From the human T2T-CHM13v2.0 reference genome, Homo sapiens: a DNA stretch of 64,000 nt. The stretch lies in the NCBI RefSeq assembly GCF_009914755.1, contig NC_060926.1; one strand, given 5' to 3'. The notes beneath the pieces were generated by a model. The model was given only the letters and a program-made list of their open reading frames with translations, was not told where the DNA came from and made no database searches. The position numbers and the translations under genes are program-made. Below are positions 53,901-64,000 of the stretch, piece after piece. Every line of letters starts with the position of its first letter. Within the stretch, counting starts at the first letter, position 1.

Positions 53901-56825
53901 CTAAACAACTATGAGCTATGTCATTATATCGATTAAATACATGGATAAGTGAATGGCTATCTTCAGGTAAACTGTGATCGATGAATTATGTGGTGGGTTG
54001 TGATTGGCAAGCACATGAGTTCCATGCGTGCCTAAGCCAGTTGATTTTACTGTACTTCAAGGCCTCCAAATTATATCTCCTAGCCTTGACAGGCATACTT
54101 GTAAATATATTACAAAACTGTAATAAATTGCATATACATCAAATCATGAGAGTATCAGGATAGGATCCAAATTGTTTAAAAATCTACTAACATGACAGAC
54201 TCTCTTGGGTTAAAGCATAAGCAGCTTTTTCATATTTGAAAGAATGACTGTCACTGTGTCTCAATTTGGGATGCAATACAAACTTATCTTAAATTCAAAG
54301 ATCACCCATTGAACCAGATTATGTGGCAAATTGCTGGGGTAGGGCTGATAAAAAAAATTCCCTAATGTTTCTGGCTCCTGAAAGACTCAACCACTGGCTT
54401 CTCTAAAAGCAAGTGCAATCCAGGGCATGGATCTCTTCCTTAAGAGGTACTCTATGAGAATACTGTGGAGGAGAAAAACAAAAACAAAACAAAAAGCATT
54501 GCTAAATAATCTGTTTTGTCTTGTCTTGTCTTTGGTGCACAGTATTTTAGCACCATTCTAGAGTCTATTAATTTGTTTGCTATAATACAAAAGCTTTCTT
54601 AGAGCTACTCCACTTCTATCACTTACTTTAGTTCTACAACTCCAAAAAGACATAGGATCTAGTCTAATTTAAAAAGAAACTTTTTTTTTATTTGAAGAAA
54701 TGTTTTTGCGTATGGCTTCCAAAAGTATCTATGAGCTTCAAATAAATCTTTTGACCTAAACATTATTATGGGTCATTGTAATTCTGAGAGGCAGTCGACT
54801 GCCAGCTCAGACTCAATCAGTATTCATCTAGAGGCATATTCTACATGTAAAACCTTGTTAATGGTGGAGAAGCACTGGTTAGGAGAAAGGGGGGAGTGGA
54901 AGGCAGAAGCAGAAAAGATGCAGAAGACATTCCACATCCACCCAAGTACAGTGAGGTGTGTAAGACAGAACACAAATTATGGGAACCACATAGAACCACA
55001 CCTAGTCCAGTCAAAAGAGCACAAACTGGGATTACAGAGACCTGGTCTATCCCAAATGTATTGCTAAGAACCTGGGTGCTTTTGTAAATCTCCATTTACT
55101 CACCTTTACTGGAGAGTTTAGTCCACATGCCAATCCTGCTTTTACTGTTTTATGGATTCATGATTCTATGGATTTTAATAGCATAGATTACAGAAAGTTC
55201 AGTAGGGAGATTCCCCTCTGCATATTATGATATGATAAAACCAAGTACTTAGGCTTTCTGACCAGAGTTCTGTCTTATAAGGTAGTTTCTTCTTTAACAC
55301 TGACCTATGGCTATGTGAGGACTCCACAATGAACACATGAATGCTCAGACTGGGATTATTGAGAGTTATTTTTCCTAGGGCTTCATTCATTCCAGAGAAG
55401 AAACAACTGCTTCTCTGTGCCTGAAACTATGTCCCCACTTCTCGCATTCTAGTAGACGGCTCTAGGTAAAATGTTTGTTTCTGACTGTGCTTCGGGTGTA
55501 GCAAACAAAATATACAAAACGTGGGTGTAGGAAACAAAAGTCATGAAGTTGGAAAAGTGCTCCATGAAAGACATTATATTTTATATTTAGAACTAGATTT
55601 TACATCTCAAAAATAACAGATTAAACAGACCTAATGCTTCCTTATGTCAGTGAAGAAAATAATAGACAATATAAAATTTATGTTATTTTTTACATCATCT
55701 AAGTACTTCGAAACTAGAATAAAATCACTATCAAACAACACAGTGTAGAAAGACAGTGATTTCCAACTCTGGTAGTAGAATAAAATTATGTGTTAATATT
55801 TAAAAATGACCAGGGTCCTGCCCCAAACAATTAAATGATGAGGTTTGCGTATAGGAGTTTTGCTCCAGAGAGCAGTATTTACGTACACCAAAATGAAAAT
55901 GGTGCACGTGGAGTTTTGCTGCTCCACGGCCCTAACATTGTTCTAAAAGCAGATGCAAGAAAAACGTTTGCAAACACTTCATTTTTCCAGCAAAAGTATT
56001 CATTCCTTCATTAGCACATATTCCAATAAGGGAATAAATTGGACTTCATTCTTCAAGTTTTTGTTGAATTATAAGGAGGCTGGAAGGACAGGACCAGTAG
56101 TTACAATCATTTTAGAAGGATGACGTTGCCTGAAAAAAAGCAGTCATGGAAGCCACTCCAGGTGGCCTCTGAGACCTGTGGAGATTTTTTCATTTCTCAC
56201 TAACTCATGTTTTACCATCTGTAAAAAGAAGGCAATATTTGCCTCTGACCACCACAGAAGAACGATCTGAGAGAAAATGTAATTAAAAATGAGAGTTCCA
56301 AGGAGTGCTTTTTGTAAGAAAAGTATGATGTAAAATTAAGATATTATCATAGTTAATGCGGTTGTCACTACTACTGTTACTTGACTATTGTACTACAATA
56401 TCCCTGTCACGCTGTTAACGATCTTCTTGGGACCAAAAGTGACAGGTGTAAAATGATTTTTTTTAATGTCATACTTGCTTTGTCTTCTAAAGAAAAGTCT
56501 ATGAGGACCTCAGAATGGGCCAAAAAATACAGTAGTCTTCTCATGGAAATCCCTCTAACCCTGGATCTACTGTACACACTCATTATTTCAGTTTCCCCAC
56601 CCCTTCAATTATCATGCATTTTTATTCAAATACAATGTAAAGCTTCAGCTGATTTGAATAGTGTTAGAAACCACAGAAGGGGCTTTCTTTAGAACATTAA
56701 ATGGGGACTGCCTTTCTTGAATCCAACCTTCTTGAATATCACAACTGTTTCTATCCTGTTTCTAGAGAAAAAGTTCCATTTTCACATCTGTCTCTTGCAA
56801 AGACATAACATGTGCATAGAAGTAA

Positions 56826-57295
<470 letters not shown>

Positions 57296-58260
57296 CCCTA
57301 TTGGGATTTTTTTAATGGAACTATGTGACTCTAAAATTCAGTTTAAAGAACAACCCAAATACTCTTGCTTAAAATACCAGAAAAAATCTTTAGTTTAGTG
57401 GTGTGAATGCGGGAATAGGGACTTTTACCTGCCAAATATCAAGACGTATGATAAAGTTATAATTAAGGCAGTGTCGTTCTGGTCCAAAATATATAGTCAT
57501 ATGATAGAATAGAATAGTAAATACAAAAAGAAATTAATGTTTGTGAAAGAATCAGTGAGAAAGGGATGAAAATAGAAATTACTATTGTGACCAAAATGTT
57601 TATCCATTCCTAGTAAGTATTCAGTATTTACAGAATATGTTTATATTCTTTACATTAAATTCATGACTAGCCATGTTCCTTAATTCAATATTATTTTTGA
57701 ATAGTTTGTAAGTTATCTTTCAGTTTCCAAGTCAACAAAATTATTACTTACAGATGCTATGGTTATTTACTTTTATTTAAATATACTTAGTATTAATTTT
57801 GATATTATGTATTGATTAGAATTTTCTCTTTGTGATGCATAATGACAGTAATGAGAGATACCCTTCTGCCTTTTCTACTCAGTAGACATTGGCGGTTGCT
57901 TTTAAACACATATTCTTTTTTGGAATGTGGGTCCCCATCTCTAGCGCATTGAAAGTTGTTTTTTATTTTTTTTTTAATTTTTGAATCATGACTATATGTT
58001 ACATTTTTAATGCCTTTAAATCATCTATCAGAAAGTTTTCACAGTCTTTTTCTTATGATCATGTAGTGTGATGAAAAAGGGTTATAGATTGCAATCTTAA
58101 ATTTCTAGATTAAACCTTATTTGGTATAGTTTTCATTTTAAAAATCAGAATTTGATAATACTATGTTTAATATTTGTGCATCTATAGTCATAAGTAAAAT
58201 TGGTCTACTTTTGGTATTATTCTTTTCAAGTATTTTTCTAAGTATTAAAAATTTATTTTT
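57296..58260. mobile_element. Old L1M ORF2 fragments (+ piece to about 57620, - piece after)
   Basis: ggaactatgtgactctaaaattc...ttacctgccaaatatcaagacgtatgataaagttataattaaggcagtgt (sense ORF2); ttgtgcatctatagtcataagtaaaattggtcta (antisense). Confidence 0.6.
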
Positions 58261-58297
58261 GTAAACCTGTCCCATGGCTATTACCTAGATGAATAGG

Positions 58298-58705
58298 TGT
58301 CTTAGTCCACTTGGTGTCATTCTAAAGGCATAACTGAGGCTGGTCAACTGATAAAAGAGGTTTATTGGCTTATGGTTCTGTAGACTGTATAAAAAGTATG
58401 GTGCCAGCGTCTGCTCAGCTTCTGGTGAGGGTCTAAGTCTACTTCCACTATATTGGAAGAAGAAACTAGTGCCTACAGAAACCACAGAGCAAGAGAGAAA
58501 GTGGCAGGGGAAGTGCCAGGTTCTTTTTAACCAGCTCTCACAGGAACTAATAGAGTGAGAAGTCACTCACCCCCGAGGGAAGGCATTAATCTATGCTGGA
58601 GGGTTCCACCACCATCACCCAAACACCTTACATTAGGTCCAGCCTCCAAAACGGGATCAAATTTCAACATGAGGTTTGGAGGGATCAAACATCCAAGCTA
58701 CAGCA
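58298..58705 (-). mobile_element. MSTB-like MaLR solo LTR
   Basis: tgtcttagtccacttggtg...atttcaacatgaggtttggagggatcaaacatccaagctacagca; 5-bp TSD atagg/gtagg. Confidence 0.9.
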
Positions 58706-59076
58706 GTAGGTAAACAAATAGGACAAACTACATTACCCAAATCCACTTGACTAGGAGGAATTCAGCTGTTAGACCTAATGAATGCAATGAATAGATGAAA
58801 ATTTTAGCCTTCTATACACAGGTTAAAACAACTTTCAGAAATACAGTTGTTTCCATATCACATCAAACCAATTTATGTATTTGTAAATTAAAACTTTAAG
58901 TTATTCGGTTTATCACCTATATGCATAACACATAAATACGAGGAAAAACTAGATTGATTTTTCTTTTTCATTAATTACATTACTGACAGAATGTTTGAGC
59001 TTCAAGAAAAAACTCTAATCAGAACAAATTTTGGTAAAAACTGGCACTATATAAGAGCAAAATTTCTGTGTAATAG

Positions 59077-60467
59077 GAAAAGACAGACATATAGATCAAT
59101 GGAATAGTATAGAAAGCCCAGAAATAAACTCTTGCATATATAACCAAATGACTTTGACAAGAATGCTAGATATTCAATCAGAAAAGTATAGTTGTTTTTG
59201 ACAAATGATGTTAAGAAAACTGGATATTCACATGCAAAAGAATGAGGTTGGACCCGTACCTTACTCCATATACAAAATTAATTCAAAATGGATTAAAGAC
59301 ATGTAAAGAGATGTAACAGTTAAAACTATAAAACTGTTAAAAGAAAACATAAGATAAAAACTTCATGACACTGGATTTGGCAAAGATCTTGGATATGATA
59401 CCAAAAGGCAGCAAAAGCAAACAGAGATAAATTGCACTTCATCAAAATCTAAAAATTCTGCACATCTAACAACATCTATCTTTCTATAGCTACTATCAAC
59501 AGAGTATAAAAGGCAACATATGGAATAAAATATTTGCAAATCATATTCTAATAAGGGTTCAATATCCAGAATATATGAACAACTCATAGAACTCAACAAC
59601 AACCCAATTTAAAAACAGTTAAAGGACTTGAATAGACTTTTCTCACAAGAAGATATATAGTTGGCCACTAAGAACATAAAAAGATGTTTAATATCACTAA
59701 CCATTAGGGAAATGTACATCAAAAGCACAGTAAGCTATCCCTTCACATTCATTAAGATGACTATTTTTTTAAAAAATTAGAAAATAATAAGTGGCAAGGA
59801 TGTGGAGAAATTACTGCCCTTAAGCATTGCTTGTGGGAGTATGAAATGCTGTAACTACCACAGAAAACAGTATGGCAGTTCTATGTTTAAAAAACTAAGC
59901 ATGGAATTACCATATGATCCAGCTATTTCATTTCTGGGTATGTACGCAAAAGAACTAAAATCAGGGAAGCAAACAGATATTTGTGCATCAGTGTTCACAG
60001 CAACACTATTCATCATACTGAAAATCTGGAAACATCCCAACATCCATGGATCAGTGAATAAATAAATGTGGTATATAGATACAATGGAGTATTATACACC
60101 CTTAAAAAGAATGACATTCTGACACATGCTATAAGGATGAGCCTTGAAGACATTATGCTAAATGAAATAATCCAGACACAAAAAGACAAATATTGTATGG
60201 TTCCACTTATATAAGGTACCTAAAGTAGTCAAATTCATAGAAACAGACAATACAACGGTAGTTGCCAGGGCTGGAGGGAGAGGAGAATGGGTGTTATTTT
60301 TTAATGGGTACAGAGTTTCAGCTTGGAAAGATGAAAGATTTTTGGACATGGATGTTGGTGATTCTTGCACAACAATGTCAATGTGTGTAATGCCTCTAAA
60401 CTTTACACTTAAAAATTGCTAAAATTGTAAATTTTAAGTTATGTATATTTTACCACAATTTAAAAAT
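59077..60467 (+). mobile_element. L1MB-like 3' portion
   Basis: ORF2 end (agacagacatatagatcaatggaatag; ELPYDPAISFLGMYAKELK) and L1MB 3'UTR ending ttatgtatattttaccacaatttaaaa. Confidence 0.9.
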
Positions 60468-60524
60468 ACTAAAGTGCTTGAGGTCAAGGTTTATGTCTTT
60501 TTCTCCATATGTCAAAAGTTGGCC

Positions 60525-60755
60525 ACACATTGGAGCCTCCAGAGTCAGATGCACCACATTTAAAACCCAGTTTTTTCACTTACCGGCTATTTGACTATTA
60601 CTAACCTTTAAAGATTATTATTTGCATATCTATGAAGTGACAGTTAGAATAATACCTACCTGTGACTTGACATGAAGAATAAATGTGTAATGCTTAAAAA
60701 TGTTTAGTATAATGCTGACAAATTGTAGTCACTAAAGAATTAACCACTATTACTC
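60525..60755 (+). mobile_element. MIR
   Basis: ccagagtcagatgcacc...cacttaccggctatttgact...catatctatgaagtg...aataatacctacct. Confidence 0.7.
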
Positions 60756-60982
60756 CTGTCTTAGAAAATCTGACACAGTGCTCACTTCTGAGGCCACCTG
60801 CATTTCTGGACACGGTCTTGGCCTTGATTCTCTGTCTATAAAGTGGGAACTATGTAGCTTGCATCGCAGAGCTGCTATGATGAGATTATGTGAAAGTGCT
60901 TATAAATTACAGGACTATATAGAAATAAGCTATCTCACAGCAGAGAATAACAAAATACATTAGAAACTAAAGCAAAAAAATG

Positions 60983-61060
60983 GGAAGGAAGGAAGGAAGG
61001 AAGGAAGGAAGGAAGGAAGGAAGGAAGGAAGAAGGAAGGAAGGAAGGAAGGAAGGAAGGA

Positions 61061-61099
<39 letters not shown>

Positions 61100-61107
61100 G
61101 AAAGAAA
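60983..61107. repeat. (GGAA)12-GAA-(GGAA)7-(GAAA)9 compound microsatellite
   Basis: Counted directly; uninterrupted purine tract of about 125 nt. Confidence 0.97.
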
Positions 61108-62535
61108 CTACTTGCCACGAGAACAATTTTCAATGCTGACTTTACATGTAAAAACACTTCAAAAGAAGATATTCAGAAACCTCCAAAACTAGAATTACAA
61201 TATCCAGGTTTCTCAGATATAAAAAGATTGATTACACACACAAAAAAGAATATTTTATGGTGGCATTCGAACACATGAAAAATAACCCAAATACCTATCA
61301 TTCTAGAACCATTGCTCATACCACACTTTATGACTAAAGAAAAACTACCCTCCGCATAGGCTCTGGTCTCATCGCATACTCAGTCTCAATGGGATTTCCT
61401 TAAGAGTCAAAACCCCGACAATTGCATGAAGCCGGAAGCTCAGCAATCTTCTGAGGGCATCTATCTTGTTTTCTAAGAAGCATTTTGGAGGTTTTTCTTT
61501 ACCTGGAGAAAGCACTGGCTAGAGCTATCTGTAAGTGCACTTCTTCTCTTGAACAGCAGAGGGTACTCCAACTCCGCGAGAGACAGACCATCTCAGCCCC
61601 TCAGTCCGCTGTGTCTTCCTGGCCTCGTCAAGACATGAACCCCAGACCAAAACAGTTCCGTTTCCACAAAATATTCCACTGAAAACCTATTACTATTCCG
61701 TGGGAATTATCGGCACATTCCAAAGGAGTAAATGGAGCCGTGGCAAAGGGAAAGGGTGGAGTCCCACCACACTGCAGGCTGCCTTAGGCCTGACCAGTTC
61801 CTCTCATACCTCTTACATTCTAAAGAGAGTTAAAAAATGTCTGTGGCAGAAATTGTGAAGGATTAACGAATACCTCCCATAGCCCCTAACTCCAAAGCAG
61901 AGTTACTGAGGAATATTAAGTTACAGCCACACAGCGTCAAACTGGCACCTGGCTGAGCTGTCCCACCATCTTAATAAAAGTCCCACAAGCAGAGGGAATA
62001 GGATGGGAAGACTCTTACCTAGCACGCTGTCAGGAAAAGTTTAGGAAACACAAGACAAAGCAGTGACTCTACCAGCCTGACCAAAATAAAGTCATCTTAC
62101 TTTAAATGTGAATGTGCCTAGAAATTTCTGAGGCTAATTCATATTGTGCAAATGATGCTGCCTTCTAACGTGACACTGAAAGAATTGCAAAACATTCTCT
62201 AAATATAACAAACAGAAAAAACTTTCATGCCTTCTGCTCTTTTCTTCCTGATGCCATTATTCAGGTAGTTATTCAAATGGCCCTAATTTAATTAAGGGAA
62301 AAGCAGATAAAACTTTTTCTTTTTTTCTTTAATACAACATTCCCTTCACTCCATTCGTATGGCTTAGGAGTTCGGGTAATTCTCTGTAAGGTCATCCAAG
62401 GAAGACTTCTTTTCCTTTTTTCTATTCTCCCTGGCTGCTCCCTTTCCCTATCCCATTTTTGTCATCTTATCCCCTTCAGCCAACACAATATGCATTCTTT
62501 CCAGATCAGCCAAGCATTACAAGCAAATAACCACT

Positions 62536-62877
<342 letters not shown>

Positions 62878-63059
62878 TCACCTTGCCTTTGTGGTTTTGG
62901 CAAAATTCTGGTGAAATTTCTAATGAAGGAAACTCATTGTAATATCCTTCAGGCAATTTAACAAGCTTCAGAAAATGGGGCATATATAGAATATACAATA
63001 GATTCTTAGGTCATTCTAGGCACTGTACCTTAGGTGCCTTGGTAGTAGTTACTAGGCCC

Positions 63060-63270
63060 TTTTATGGGCTTTATGAAGATAGAGAATCAGGTTCAAATTC
63101 TGTCTCTGGTGGTTGTTTTAACCTGTGTGACCTGAAGTACTTAACCTCTTTGATCTTCCATATTCCCAGATATAAAAATAAAGAGAAGGACAATCTAGGG
63201 CTATTAAAAGGATTCACATTTCATAATCATGTTTCAACCACAAACCTGGGTGCTCAGTAAACATGACATT
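63060..63270 (+). mobile_element. MIR
   Basis: caggttcaaattctgtctctg...ctgtgtgacctgaagtacttaacctctttg...gtgctcagtaaacatg. Confidence 0.75.
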
Positions 63271-64000
63271 TTCTCTTTGATTAAAAGAATGAATTAAATG
63301 CTACACCAATTTTGTAAAACTCAAATTGACAAATGTTAGTTTCATCCAAAGCATTTGCATGTTTCTGGCCTAGAAGTTCAAATTCTTCATTTTACTCTCT
63401 CCATTTCAGGGCATACAATGTAAAGAAGCTTCACGAAAAATAAAAGAAAAGTGAAAATATATTTAGCTACAAATGATTGTCCTCTTCCCTGAAAATTACA
63501 GAAGAGGTATCTTCTATTAATGGCAGTGAACGAGAAAATGTTCTGCTGCCTCTGAAAATGAACAGGCATAAAGAAGACTGACAAAGAGCCACCTGACATT
63601 GCCAGACTTGTGGAGAAGGCTTCAGTGCAGTGCTCTCAGCATTTCTAAATAAAACTGCACATCTAGGTTTCTTTCCAAATAGTATATTGATTACTTGCAG
63701 TCAAATTGTGGTCTTTCAAACAGCATGTTCCTTTATCATCATGGAACCAGCAGTTTCAGATTCCATAATTGAGAGCTACATAGTTTATAGGAATTGGTAT
63801 TCAGAATAAGACTTTTTAGTTTGAAGCTGAATAATGATAGATGTATGTGGAGATCAGTCGCTTGCTGGGAAAAAATCGTGCAGTTCATGTTTTCATATTT
63901 TTGCCAGGAGAAATAGCACCTTATGCATTTTTTCCAGAAACAAAAATATTTCCATCCACCATACCAGTTTAGAAGACTGAATTCTAGAAATTTCTTGGTG

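Noticed and set aside
54768-55095. Overlapping 99/84/63-aa ORFs in unique sequence
   Set aside because: No recognisable domain, codon bias or bounding splice signals; compatible with chance.
60935-61192. Low-complexity ORFs (FLPS/EGRK repeats)
   Set aside because: Translations of the GGAA/GAAA microsatellite.

Overview
AT-rich, CpG-poor primate (very probably human) genomic DNA, roughly half interspersed repeat. No known protein-coding gene, RNA gene or CpG island is recognisable, and the locus cannot be named from sequence alone. Almost every ORF in the supplied track is a decayed repeat reading frame (L1 ORF1/ORF2, Tigger1 transposase, ERVL pol/dUTPase, Alu, microsatellite). Repeat architecture: (1) an MST-type MaLR LTR split by Tigger1, which is itself split by an AluS (4.0-6.5 kb); (2) a full-length ~6.9 kb L1PA16-like LINE inserted in an older L1MA tail, with a MER9 (HERV-K HML-3) solo LTR at the start of its ORF2 (25.3-33.4 kb); (3) an ancient two-LTR LTR16C/ERV3-16A3-like ERVL provirus (36.4-40.0 kb); (4) an LTR3-like solo LTR inside an AluJ (40.5-41.3 kb). 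The most interesting non-repeat signal is a candidate two-exon small gene on the + strand that the ORF track misses because it is spliced. It has TATAAAG at 44224, ATG at 44259, a consensus CAG|GTGAGT donor at 44298/44299, a branch-like motif plus pyrimidine acceptor at 46980, an in-frame 39-bp tandem duplication, a stop at 47099 and AATAAA at 47226. It would encode a 52-aa peptide with a hydrophobic N-terminus. This model is an inference from motifs only and is not shown to be transcribed or translated. Repeat family names are from recall of consensus sequences, not a database search.
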